Shown here one piece after another: positions 38,302 to 47,716 of a stretch of DNA of 64,000 bases (positions are counted from its first letter, which is position 1; every line of letters starts with the position of its first letter). The translations under genes and the position numbers were made by a program. This DNA comes from Clostridia bacterium (GTDB taxonomy: Bacteria; Bacillota; Clostridia; TANB77; CAG-465). Below the pieces are notes generated by a model. The model worked only from the letters and a program-made list of their open reading frames with translations, was not told where the DNA came from and did not search any database. The stretch covers positions 119,440-183,439 of the forward strand of contig JAZKXT010000012.1 of the NCBI GenBank assembly GCA_045611765.1, read 5' to 3'.

Positions 38302-40122
38302 ATGTCAAAAGTAATAGGAATTGATTTAGGAACAACTAACTCATGTGTTGCCGTTATTGAAAACGGTGAACCAACAGTAATACCTAGTTCTGAAGGTGCA
38401 AGAACTACTCCATCTATAGTAGGATTTGCAAAGAACGGAGAAAGATTAGTAGGTCAAGTAGCTAAACGTCAAGCGGTTACTAATCACGATAGAACAGTAG
38501 TATCTATAAAAAGAGATATGGGTACAAATAAAAAAGTTAAAATAGACGATAAAGATTATTCAGCACCAGAAGTAAGTGCTATGATACTTCAAAAAATGAA
38601 AGCAGACGCTGAAGCTTTCACTGGTGAAACAATAACTCAAGCAGTTATAACTGTACCAGCATATTTCAGTGACTCTCAAAGACAAGCAACTAAAGACGCT
38701 GGTAAAATAGCTGGTCTTGAAGTTTTAAGAATTATAAACGAACCAACAGCTGCAGCTCTTGCTTACGGTCTAGATAAAGACAAAGATCAAAAGATAATGG
38801 TATATGACCTAGGTGGTGGAACATTCGATGTATCTATACTAGATATTGGTGATGGCGTATTTGAAGTTCTTGCTACAGCAGGAAACAATAAACTTGGTGG
38901 CGATGATTTTGACCAAAGAATTATAGATTTCTTAGTATCTGAATTTAAGAAAGATGCAGGAATAGATTTAAGTGCGGATTCTATGGCAATGCAAAGATTA
39001 AAAGAAGCCGCAGAAAAAGCTAAAATAGAGCTTTCTTCAACAGCTACAGCAAATATTAACCTGCCATTTATCACAGCTGATTCAACAGGGCCAAAACATT
39101 TAGATATTACTTTATCTAGAGCTAAATTCGAAGAATTGGTATCTGATCTAGTAGAATCTACAGTAGGACCAGTTAATCAAGCTATGAAAGATTCTGGTAT
39201 GACATTTGACAAATTAGACAAAATACTTCTAGTTGGTGGTTCTACAAGAATACCTTTAGTTCAAGAAACAGTTAAAAGACTTACTAACAAAGAACCATAT
39301 AAAGGAATTAACCCAGATGAATGTGTTGCAATAGGTGCAGCAATTCAAGCAGGTGTGTTAACAGGAGACGTTAAAGGTCTAGTTCTTCTAGATGTAACAC
39401 CATTATCTTTAGGTATTGAAACTTATGGTGGAGTATTTACAAAACTTATTGAAAGAAATACTACAATACCAACAAAGAAATCTCAAATATTCAGTACAGC
39501 TGCTGATGGTCAAACATCTGTTGAAGTACATGTTCTTCAAGGTGAAAGAGAAATAGCTGCATACAACAAAACTTTAGGAAGATTCAGCCTAACAGGAATA
39601 CCACCAGCACCAAGGGGAGTACCTCAAATAGAAGTATCTTTCGATATTGATGCAAACGGTATCGTTCACGTAACAGCGAAAGATATGGCTACAAATAATG
39701 AGCAAAAAATAGCTATAACAGCATCTTCAAACCTATCTGAAGAAGAAATTGAAAAAGCTGTTAAAGAAGCAGAAGCTCATGCTGCTGAAGATAAAAAGAG
39801 AAAAGAAGAAGTTGAAGTTAGAAATAACGCAGATTCTCTTGTGTATAACACTGAAAAGACATTAAAAGAACTTGAAGGTAAAATTTCTGACGATGAAAAG
39901 GCTAAAGTAGAAGCTGAACTAGACGCTGTTAAGAAATCATTAGAAGGAACAGATACTGAAGCTATTAAATCCGCTACAGAAAAATTAACCCAAGTATTCT
40001 ATGAAATATCTCAAAAGTTATATGCTGAAGCAAGTAAACAAGCTGAAGCAAATGGTGAAGCTACAGAAGATGTAGTACATGATGCAGATTACAAAGTAGA
40101 AGACGAATCTGACAACAAATAA
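38302..40122 (+). CDS. dnaK: Molecular chaperone DnaK (Hsp70)
   Basis: [37 protein letters not shown]. 606 aa. Confidence 0.97.
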   Translation: MSKVIGIDLGTTNSCVAVIENGEPTVIPSSEGARTTPSIVGFAKNGERLVGQVAKRQAVTNHDRTVVSIKRDMGTNKKVKIDDKDYSAPEVSAMILQKMKADAEAFTGETITQAVITVPAYFSDSQRQATKDAGKIAGLEVLRIINEPTAAALAYGLDKDKDQKIMVYDLGGGTFDVSILDIGDGVFEVLATAGNNKLGGDDFDQRIIDFLVSEFKKDAGIDLSADSMAMQRLKEAAEKAKIELSSTATANINLPFITADSTGPKHLDITLSRAKFEELVSDLVESTVGPVNQAMKDSGMTFDKLDKILLVGGSTRIPLVQETVKRLTNKEPYKGINPDECVAIGAAIQAGVLTGDVKGLVLLDVTPLSLGIETYGGVFTKLIERNTTIPTKKSQIFSTAADGQTSVEVHVLQGEREIAAYNKTLGRFSLTGIPPAPRGVPQIEVSFDIDANGIVHVTAKDMATNNEQKIAITASSNLSEEEIEKAVKEAEAHAAEDKKRKEEVEVRNNADSLVYNTEKTLKELEGKISDDEKAKVEAELDAVKKSLEGTDTEAIKSATEKLTQVFYEISQKLYAEASKQAEANGEATEDVVHDADYKVEDESDNK

Positions 40123-40143
40123 TTATGACAAAATAATGTGGCA

Positions 40144-40190
40144 CGGAAACGGAAAATGAGTTCGAGTTGAATTTGCTTTTCCGTTTCTGT
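40144..40190 (+). other. Long-loop stem-loop in the dnaK-dnaJ spacer (not a canonical terminator)
   Basis: CGGAAACGGAAAA ... TTTTCCGTTTCTG with 12 of 13 positions paired and a 20-nt loop. No T-run follows. Confidence 0.4.
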
Positions 40191-40207
40191 ACTAGAAAGG
40201 AATTTAA

Positions 40208-41350
40208 ATGGCAGGGAAAGATTATTATGAGGTGCTTGGAGTTTCCAAGACAGCAACTGCTGATGAAATAAAGAAAGCATATAGGCAGAAATCTAAACAA
40301 TATCACCCGGATCTAAACAAAGGCAACGAAAAAGAAGCTGAAACTAAATTTAAAGAAGTTTCAGAAGCCTATAGTGTACTTTCAGATGAGACTAAAAGAG
40401 CTCAGTATGATAGATTTGGAGCAGATGCAGTAAATGGAAATGGCTATAGTGGCTTTGGCGGATATGGTGCTAGCGGTTTTGATTTTAGTGGATTTTCAGG
40501 CGGTTTTGACATAGACCTTGAAGATATTTTAGGAAGTATGTTTGGTGGCGGCTTTAGTGGCTTTAAGCAAAGCACAAAAAATGGCCCAATAAAAGGTACA
40601 GACTTAAGATATAATATGAAGCTTACCTTCGAAGAAGCAGTATTTGGTGTAAAAAAAGAAATATCTATTACTCGTAATGAGAAATGTACTTCGTGTCACG
40701 GAACAGGCTCGAAAAACGGGGCAGCCACAGTTGAATGCGATAAATGTCATGGTGTAGGTAAAATACAAGCAGTACAAAATACAATAATGGGAACATTTAG
40801 TACAGTACGTGTTTGTGACAAATGTAACGGTGAAGGTAAGATTATAAAAGAACCATGTGAAATTTGTGGTGGAACTGGTAGTACGCAAAAAGCTAAAAAG
40901 ATAGAAATAAATATACCAGCTGGAATTGATGATGGTCAGGCAATATCTTTATCTGGTCAAGGTGACTCTGGTAAACGTGGTGGACCAAATGGTGACTTGT
41001 TTATAGTAGTGTCAGTCATTCCGCATAAAGTATTTACGAGAAAAGGCAAAAATATATATTTTACAACTAAAATACCTTTTGTAAAAGCGGTGCTTGGCGG
41101 CCCTATAAAAATACCAACGCTTGAAGGGGAAGAAACTTTTGACATACCGGAAGGAACACAACCAGAAACAGTATTTACATTAAAAAATAAAGGGGTTCCA
41201 TCAAGAACAGGTAGAGGAAATCTTGAATTTAAAGTGCAAATAGAGATACCTAAAAAGCTTTCAGACAAACAAAGGGAATTACTTGAACAATATGCCATTT
41301 CATGTAGTGAAGAAGTAGGCCCTAAAAAGAAAGGGTTCTTTGGGAAATAA
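40208..41350 (+). CDS. dnaJ: Co-chaperone DnaJ
   Basis: J-domain (DYYEVLGV..YHPD), a G/F-rich linker and four CxxCxGxG zinc-finger repeats. Confidence 0.96.
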   Translation: MAGKDYYEVLGVSKTATADEIKKAYRQKSKQYHPDLNKGNEKEAETKFKEVSEAYSVLSDETKRAQYDRFGADAVNGNGYSGFGGYGASGFDFSGFSGGFDIDLEDILGSMFGGGFSGFKQSTKNGPIKGTDLRYNMKLTFEEAVFGVKKEISITRNEKCTSCHGTGSKNGAATVECDKCHGVGKIQAVQNTIMGTFSTVRVCDKCNGEGKIIKEPCEICGGTGSTQKAKKIEINIPAGIDDGQAISLSGQGDSGKRGGPNGDLFIVVSVIPHKVFTRKGKNIYFTTKIPFVKAVLGGPIKIPTLEGEETFDIPEGTQPETVFTLKNKGVPSRTGRGNLEFKVQIEIPKKLSDKQRELLEQYAISCSEEVGPKKKGFFGK

Positions 41351-41358
41351 TAAATAAT

Positions 41359-41390
41359 GGAGTAAGTAATGCTTACTTCCTTTATTTTTT
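41359..41390 (+). terminator. Rho-independent terminator of the dnaK operon
   Basis: GGAGTAAG / CTTACTTCC stem (one bulge) followed by TTTATTTTTT. Confidence 0.65.
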
Positions 41391-41433
41391 GTTTTGCGAT
41401 TCTTTTAAGAAAAATAAAACACATTAAACCGTA

Positions 41434-41462
41434 TTGAAAAATGCGTCAAAATTATATATAAT
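41434..41462 (+). promoter_or_regulatory. Sigma-A-type promoter of rsmE (TTGAAA-17-TATAAT)
   Basis: TTGAAAaatgcgtcaaaattataTATAAT with an exact 17-nt spacer. Confidence 0.6.
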
Positions 41463-41480
41463 GTGTGTGGAGTGATTGGT

Positions 41481-42197
41481 ATGTCGAAAAGATTTATTGT
41501 AGAAGATAGCAATGTTATGGTAGAAGATAAGTATATTACTGTTAGAGGTGAAGAAGTACATCATATAAATGTATTAAGATATAAAATAGGGGATACCGTG
41601 TATATAAATCAGTATGAAGTAAATATAACTAGCCTTGAAAAAGATATCCTTAAGGGAGATATAACAGGGAAATTGCCATCAAAGGGTGAGCCTAGAGTGA
41701 ATATAACATTAATTCAATCATATTTAAAATCAGATAAGATGGACTATGTTGTTCAAAAAGCAGTGGAACTTGGTGTTAAAGAAATAATTCCAGCAATAAC
41801 TAAAAATACAATAGTAAAAATGGATGAAAAGGATAAAGTAAAAAAGGTCGAAAGGCTTTGTAAAATAGCTAAAGAGGCACTTGAGCAATGTGGAAGAACA
41901 GATACTGTAAATATTCAACCTGTGCAAAATATAGCTAATTTAGACCTTTCTCATTATGATAAAATACTAGTATGCCATGAAACAAGTACAGTTAGCTTAA
42001 AGGAAAAAATAAATAGCATAAAAGGAAGTAAGAATATAGCTGTTTTAGTTGGTCCAGAAGGTGGATTAGATGATTCTGAAGTAAATAAAATATTAGAAAA
42101 TGCAAATGCAACAGATATATCTTTAGGTGAGAGAATATTAAGAGCGGAAACGGCAAGTTTAGCAATACTTAGTATACTAGGTTACGAGTTAGATTAA
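41481..42197 (+). CDS. rsmE: 16S rRNA (uracil1498-N3)-methyltransferase
   Basis: N-terminal PUA-like region (RFIV...GEEVHHINVLR...GD) and a C-terminal SPOUT region (VLVGPEGGL...E). I prefer the ATG at 41481. Confidence 0.85.
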   Translation: MSKRFIVEDSNVMVEDKYITVRGEEVHHINVLRYKIGDTVYINQYEVNITSLEKDILKGDITGKLPSKGEPRVNITLIQSYLKSDKMDYVVQKAVELGVKEIIPAITKNTIVKMDEKDKVKKVERLCKIAKEALEQCGRTDTVNIQPVQNIANLDLSHYDKILVCHETSTVSLKEKINSIKGSKNIAVLVGPEGGLDDSEVNKILENANATDISLGERILRAETASLAILSILGYELD

Positions 42198-42216
42198 ATA
42201 ATATATATAGTTTATG

Positions 42217-42243
42217 AAATACAGTTTAAACACTGTATTTTTC
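42217..42243 (+). terminator. Rho-independent terminator after rsmE
   Basis: AAATACAGT / ACTGTATTT stem followed by a T-run. Confidence 0.7.
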
Positions 42244-42291
42244 TTGCTTTTTGTGGTACAATATAGCCAGATTATATAAATGGAGAAATAA

Positions 42292-43920
42292 ATGGAGAAA
42301 AGATATATAAACGAAGCTAGATATAAAAAGGGGAGCGCTAGGAAGAGAAGAAGTGAATCAACTGTAAAAAGCAATTTGGCTTCCAAAACCAATTCAGTGG
42401 TTAAAGTAAAAGAGAACGTTAGGCCTAACGCTAAGAAAGTAAAAAAACATAAAAAAGTAGTCAAGCAAAATAGCACGCTTAACATTGTTATATGTGTTAC
42501 TTTGTTAATAATTATTGCTATAATTTCAAGAGCAATATTAAAAGATGAAAATGAACCGTTTATACCGTTTTTTTATACTTCTGAATCTAATGATGAGACT
42601 ATTAATATAGGCGTTATTACAGGGGATAGTTTGCTAAATAGTAACACTAAAAATTGCGTTATAAATGAACTTAACAAGTATTCGAAGGATATGTTGCTAG
42701 AGATAAATGAAGATTACAGTATAACATATAAATGTATTTCAAATGTGATTAAAATTTCCAATAAAGAATATCTTCTTATAAGAGATGAAAAGAGTAGTGT
42801 TACAGCAAGTGATATAAAAACGGAGCTAGATAATTATAGAAACAATAAAAATTCAGTATATTACGATAAACTAAAAAGTATAGACAACATACAAATAGTG
42901 GATGAAAATAAACTAAATATTACGTTGAAATCTGAGATGCCGTATTTTATATACAATTTAGATATATGTCTTACTACATCTAAAGATAAAACAAGCTATC
43001 TACAATCCAACTCATCAAGTGCTAGTTGTTTAGTATATATACGCCATGAAGATGCAAATATGGAATTGCCTGCAAAGATAATTGTAAATAGATATAAAGA
43101 TATGTATGAAGCTGTTGAGGCGTATAAGGCAAACAAGATAAATATTTTTGTAACTGATGCGGCGAATGTAGAAAACATTTTAGGTAAATATGATTATAAT
43201 ATAAAAGTATTTAGAAATGGAGAAACATTATTTTTGTTTGGTAATCCGGAATCTAAAATATATTCAAAACTAGAGGTGAGAAAAGCCATATCACATAGTT
43301 TAGATAGAGGAAGTATGATAAATGATGTATTAAATTCGAAGGGTGATACTATTGATTTACCGTATATATATAATGTTACAAAGTATAAATATGATGTTTA
43401 TGCGGCAGAAAACTTACTTTTAACAAATGGATATAAAAAATCTAATAAAGTATATTATAAGATGGAAGAGGGAAAAAAAATAACGTTAGAGTTGGATTTG
43501 CTTGTTAATAAACAAGATGAAACCAAAGTAAAAGTTGCGGAAAAAATAAAAAATAATTTGGGCGCTATAGGAATAAAAATAAATATAGAAAAATTAACAA
43601 CAGAAAAAATAGAGAGTCGTATTAAAAAAGGGGATTATGATTTAATATTAGCAAGTGTAAATTTAAATAATACACCAGATATATCATTTGTAGAGAAAAA
43701 TTTATTTATAACAGATGATGTGCGTAAGGCACTCGAAAATATAAATAACTCAAGTCTAGTGAGTATAAGCAATAGATTGGCAGAACTGCAAAATGTATTA
43801 TATAACGACGTATCGGCTATAGGTATATATAGTGATGTTTCGTATTTAGTGTATAGCAAGGATATTGTAGGGATAGACAAAATAACTTACATGAATTTGT
43901 TTAATGGAATATTGAAATAG
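42292..43920 (+). CDS. Membrane-anchored extracellular solute-binding protein family 5-like protein (orphan)
   Basis: Lys/Arg-rich 57-aa N-terminus, one TM helix, then about 460 aa with SBP_bac_5-like features (for example KKGDYDLILASVNLNNTPD). No permease or ATPase genes are adjacent. The family assignment is tentative. Confidence 0.45.
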   Translation: MEKRYINEARYKKGSARKRRSESTVKSNLASKTNSVVKVKENVRPNAKKVKKHKKVVKQNSTLNIVICVTLLIIIAIISRAILKDENEPFIPFFYTSESNDETINIGVITGDSLLNSNTKNCVINELNKYSKDMLLEINEDYSITYKCISNVIKISNKEYLLIRDEKSSVTASDIKTELDNYRNNKNSVYYDKLKSIDNIQIVDENKLNITLKSEMPYFIYNLDICLTTSKDKTSYLQSNSSSASCLVYIRHEDANMELPAKIIVNRYKDMYEAVEAYKANKINIFVTDAANVENILGKYDYNIKVFRNGETLFLFGNPESKIYSKLEVRKAISHSLDRGSMINDVLNSKGDTIDLPYIYNVTKYKYDVYAAENLLLTNGYKKSNKVYYKMEEGKKITLELDLLVNKQDETKVKVAEKIKNNLGAIGIKINIEKLTTEKIESRIKKGDYDLILASVNLNNTPDISFVEKNLFITDDVRKALENINNSSLVSISNRLAELQNVLYNDVSAIGIYSDVSYLVYSKDIVGIDKITYMNLFNGILK

Positions 43921-43989
43921 GCAGCTATTGATATAGTTGCCTATTCTAATATTATTTATTAATTTGAAATAAAATTTTGTCGTAAAATC

Positions 43990-44018
43990 TTGACACAACA
44001 TAATATATATGTTATCAT
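43990..44018 (+). promoter_or_regulatory. Sigma-A-type promoter for tRNA-Arg (TTGACA-17-TATCAT)
   Basis: TTGACAcaacataatatatatgtTATCAT with an exact 17-nt spacer. Confidence 0.6.
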
Positions 44019-44035
44019 ATAAAAGTATTGAGCGT

Positions 44036-44112
<77 letters not shown>

Positions 44113-44118
44113 TATTAA

Positions 44119-44148
44119 GACACATAGTTTTAACTATGTGCCTTTTTT
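44119..44148 (+). terminator. Rho-independent terminator after tRNA-Arg
   Basis: CACATAGTT / AACTATGTG stem followed by CCTTTTTT. Confidence 0.75.
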
Positions 44149-44162
44149 CTGTATACTGGAGT

Positions 44163-44193
44163 AAATAAAAGAAACGCCAAGCATGACGTTTCT
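44163..44193 (-). terminator. Rho-independent terminator of the nfeD-SPFH operon
   Basis: The minus strand reads AGAAACG-tcatgcttgg-CGTTTCT followed by TTTATTT. Confidence 0.6.
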
Positions 44194-44200
44194 AATGATA

Positions 44201-45130
44201 CTATTTATCTTTCATAACTTCTTTAGCAGCGCCTAGTGCACCAAATGCTGAACTTACATCGAATGGAACGAACACTTTGTTTGCAGGTCCTTCAGCTATT
44301 TTTTCCATTGATTCTAAAGCTTTAATCGTAACAAGTTCTTTTGTAGGTTTAGCTTTAGTAATAGCGCCATAAACCATTTCAATCTCTTGCGATTTAGCTT
44401 CAGCAATTTTCTTTATAGCTTCAGATGTACCTTCAGCTTCTAGTATTCTTGCTTCTCTTAAACCTTGCGCGCGTCTAATACTTGCTTCGCGTTCAGCTTC
44501 AGCTTCAAGTATTTGAGCTTGTTTTTTACCTTCAGCGTGAGTTATATCTGCTTGACGATTACCTTCAGCTTCAAGTATGATTGCTCTTTTATTTCTTTCA
44601 GCATTCATTTGTTTTTCCATTGCATCACGAATATCTTTTGGTGGATTAATATCTTTAATTTCCACTCTGTCTACTTTACAACCCCATTTGTCTGTTGCTT
44701 CATCAAGAACTTCACGAAGTTGTATGTTTATCATATCACGTGAACTAAATGTACTATCCAAATCCATTTTACCAACTATATCACGAATAGTTGTAATTGC
44801 AAGGTATGCGATACCTTTTTGTAAGTTTTCTATTTCATAAACAGATTTTACTGGATCCATTATTTGAAAGAAAACAACTGTGTCTATTGTTATAGTAACG
44901 TTATCTTTTGTTATAACTCCTTGTGGTGGCACATCCATTGTTTGTTGCTTCATGTTAACTATTGCTCTTACTCTATCTATAAAAGGTAGAATGATGTTAA
45001 GTCCGGCATCAGCAACTTTGTGGAATTTACCAAATCTTTCTATAACATAAACTTCTGCTTGTCTTACGACTTTAATTGAGAATGCGGCTATTACAAATAT
45101 AATAACCAAAGGTATAAAGAATAATTCCAT
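44201..45130 (-). CDS. SPFH/band-7 (stomatin-like) membrane-scaffold protein
   Basis: N-terminal TM helix, SPFH core (VVRQAEVYVIERFGKF...TKDNV...), and an Ala/Glu-rich coiled-coil tail. Confidence 0.88.
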   Translation of the reverse strand: MELFFIPLVIIFVIAAFSIKVVRQAEVYVIERFGKFHKVADAGLNIILPFIDRVRAIVNMKQQTMDVPPQGVITKDNVTITIDTVVFFQIMDPVKSVYEIENLQKGIAYLAITTIRDIVGKMDLDSTFSSRDMINIQLREVLDEATDKWGCKVDRVEIKDINPPKDIRDAMEKQMNAERNKRAIILEAEGNRQADITHAEGKKQAQILEAEAEREASIRRAQGLREARILEAEGTSEAIKKIAEAKSQEIEMVYGAITKAKPTKELVTIKALESMEKIAEGPANKVFVPFDVSSAFGALGAAKEVMKDK

Positions 45131-45141
45131 ATATTTCCCTC

Positions 45142-45576
45142 CTATTCTGAAATTTCTTTAACAACAAGTTTTACTCCGGATATTGCAACAACAGTTATTT
45201 TACTGTCTCTTGCAATAATTGTGTCATCTTCACATATAGCTGACCAAATTTCGCCAGCAACTTTTACTTGACCCAAATGACTATCTCCACAAATTTCTTT
45301 TAGCACAATACCACTTTTGCCTATTAAAGCGTTGGAGTTCATGGCGACATCACGAGTCTTGAAAAGTTTTGCTACAATAGGGCGGATAAACAGTATCATA
45401 AGAGCAGTAGTAACTGCGAATATAACACATTGTACTGTTGTGCTTGCTCCTAAAATGGCAGCTATAAATGCGAAAAATGCACCAACACCAGGGAAAAACA
45501 TTAAAAAACTTACGGTGAATATCTCGGTAATGAGGCATAATCCACACAAAATCAACCACATAGTAGATAATGACAT
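45142..45576 (-). CDS. NfeD-family membrane protein
   Basis: 144 aa with three TM helices plus a C-terminal OB-fold-like segment (GQVKVAGEIWSA). It is in the classical upstream position relative to the SPFH gene. Confidence 0.8.
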   Translation of the reverse strand: MSLSTMWLILCGLCLITEIFTVSFLMFFPGVGAFFAFIAAILGASTTVQCVIFAVTTALMILFIRPIVAKLFKTRDVAMNSNALIGKSGIVLKEICGDSHLGQVKVAGEIWSAICEDDTIIARDSKITVVAISGVKLVVKEISE

Positions 45577-45668
45577 ATTATGTTCCTCCTTATTATATAA
45601 AAATTATACAATAGAATAGTAAAAAAGCAAAGACTTTTAGCAAAAATATTGTATATTTTTAAATTTAA

Positions 45669-47252
45669 ATGTATAATTTGGATATGAAAAAGGTAATAAA
45701 AAGCAAAGTAATAGATGTATTAAGAAAATATAAATATTATATATTTCTTACGTTAATAATATTTATATTATTTTCTGTGTCTAAATATTCTAGTGTAGGC
45801 AAAGAATATGAGTTGTATATAAATGATATTAAAGTTACTGCAAATAATGATATATATACATATAACGAAGAAGTATATCTACATATAGATGATTTAACAC
45901 ATATTTTTAGTGATAATATATATTATGAAAAACTATCTGGCAAATTAATTATAACAACATATGATAAGGTGCATAAATATGCGGTATATGGTAGTGAATA
46001 TATAATAGAAAATAATAATGCTAAGTATTGCAATATTCAACATTTTATGACAGAATTAGAATATAACGTAATAGAGAATAAAAACAAGATATATATTGTT
46101 TCTGGCCAAAATGTAGAGGGAACTGTATTAAAGAATAGAACAGAAATTTACGATAAAACAAACAATAATGTTATTTGTCATTTGGAAAAAGACAGTATTG
46201 TTAATGTGTATAATTCAGAAAACAATTTAAATAAAGACAAAATGTTAACAGTTGAAGCAATAGTTGATGGCACAAAGTATTATGGATATGTTTTGAGTAA
46301 AAACATTGAGTATCAAAAGCCTCAACAAAAAGCTGAGAAGAACAATAATAAAGTTATAATAGTTAAAGCAGAAGAAAAATTGGCGACAAACGATTTATCT
46401 AATGTAGACATGGTTGCCATTAGTTTGTATAGACTTTCGGGTGAGAGAAATTTAGTTAAGCTAGATAACACGTATAATATACCTAAAAATAAAAAAGTGT
46501 TAGTTACAATAAATAATGGTCAAAAGTCTAGTAATTACGACAAAAATATTATTTCTAGAATGCTTGGCAGCGAAGCCAACAGAAATGAGATTGTTGTTCA
46601 AATAATGGAGTTGGTAAAGCTATATGAGGGAATAAACCTAGATTTTAGCAATTTCAAAGTTACAGATAAAGAAAATTACACTCAGTTCATAAAAGAACTT
46701 GCAGCGTCTTTACATGCAATAAATAAAATATTGGTAGTTAACGTGCCAAGTATTCAGTATATTGATTGCGAGCAGGTAGCTAAAGTAGTGGATTATCTTG
46801 TTATACAACCATATAATGAGAGGACTCAGGCTTCAAAAATAAGCGGACCAATATCTTCAATAAAATATGTTGAAGATTGGATACAAAATATTATAAATGA
46901 AAAAGTAGATTCTAACAAAATTATTTTAGAGGTGCCAGCTTATACAATATTATGGACTGAAAGAAACGGTACCGTAATTAATGCGGAGCAATATACAATG
47001 AAGACTATGCTGGAATATTTAAAAGCAAATAATATTCAAATGAGCAGGGATAACTCATCAAAGCAAAACCATATGATTTACACAAAGGGAATAACAACAT
47101 ATAAAATGTGGTTAGAGGACGAGTATAGTATTATAGAGAAAACCAAACTAGCAAGTAAATACAATTTAGTAGGCATTTCTTTATATAAAAGCGGTATGGA
47201 ACAAGATTTTATATATGGTAAAATAGAGTTGGAGTTAAATAAAACAAAGTAG
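45669..47252 (+). CDS. Membrane-anchored GH18-like (chitinase/YaaH-like fold) protein, predicted catalytically inactive
   Basis: TM anchor, then a copper-amine-oxidase-N-like/SH3-like region. The GH18-like core reads YEGINLDFSNF in place of the DGxDxDxE motif (Ser at 46647-46649 where the catalytic Glu is expected), followed by VDYLVIQPYNE and ILEVPAYTILW. An alternative start exists at 45684. Confidence 0.5.
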   Translation: MYNLDMKKVIKSKVIDVLRKYKYYIFLTLIIFILFSVSKYSSVGKEYELYINDIKVTANNDIYTYNEEVYLHIDDLTHIFSDNIYYEKLSGKLIITTYDKVHKYAVYGSEYIIENNNAKYCNIQHFMTELEYNVIENKNKIYIVSGQNVEGTVLKNRTEIYDKTNNNVICHLEKDSIVNVYNSENNLNKDKMLTVEAIVDGTKYYGYVLSKNIEYQKPQQKAEKNNNKVIIVKAEEKLATNDLSNVDMVAISLYRLSGERNLVKLDNTYNIPKNKKVLVTINNGQKSSNYDKNIISRMLGSEANRNEIVVQIMELVKLYEGINLDFSNFKVTDKENYTQFIKELAASLHAINKILVVNVPSIQYIDCEQVAKVVDYLVIQPYNERTQASKISGPISSIKYVEDWIQNIINEKVDSNKIILEVPAYTILWTERNGTVINAEQYTMKTMLEYLKANNIQMSRDNSSKQNHMIYTKGITTYKMWLEDEYSIIEKTKLASKYNLVGISLYKSGMEQDFIYGKIELELNKTK

Positions 47253-47261
47253 GAGGTAAAT

Positions 47262-47714
47262 GTGAAAAAAGGAATATCTTTAGTAGAAATAGTAATCACG
47301 GTAGTACTATTAACCATTTTAGCTGGAGTTATTATATTTAGTTCTACAGATACAATTGAGGGAGTAGATAAATCTAAACTTAAGATGGATATAGCTCAGA
47401 TAGAAGCTTTAATGAATACGTATAATATCCGAAAAAACGGCAACATTCAATTTGAGACTGTAAAATTTGTAACCTCAAACCTTTCTGCGGAAGAACTAAA
47501 TCAATTTGATGGTGAGACAATTACAGCAAACAGCATAACACTATATGTTGTAGATTTAGCTGAAATTGATGTTGATGAAGTTAGTTATGGCAATTTAAAA
47601 CTCGGACAAGATGACAGATATTTATATTCTCAGACAACTGGGAAGGTATATTATGAAAAAGGATTAGAGATAGATAATATTAGATATTACTATGTAACAA
47701 ATGGAGATAGATAG
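47262..47714 (+). CDS. Type IV pilin/pseudopilin-like protein (prepilin-type N-terminal cleavage/methylation signal)
   Basis: GTG start 5 nt after AGGAGG. The N-terminus MKKG|ISLVEIVITVVLLTILAGVIIF has Gly at -1, Glu at +5 and a hydrophobic helix. Confidence 0.75.
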   Translation: MKKGISLVEIVITVVLLTILAGVIIFSSTDTIEGVDKSKLKMDIAQIEALMNTYNIRKNGNIQFETVKFVTSNLSAEELNQFDGETITANSITLYVVDLAEIDVDEVSYGNLKLGQDDRYLYSQTTGKVYYEKGLEIDNIRYYYVTNGDR

Positions 47715-47716
47715 TT

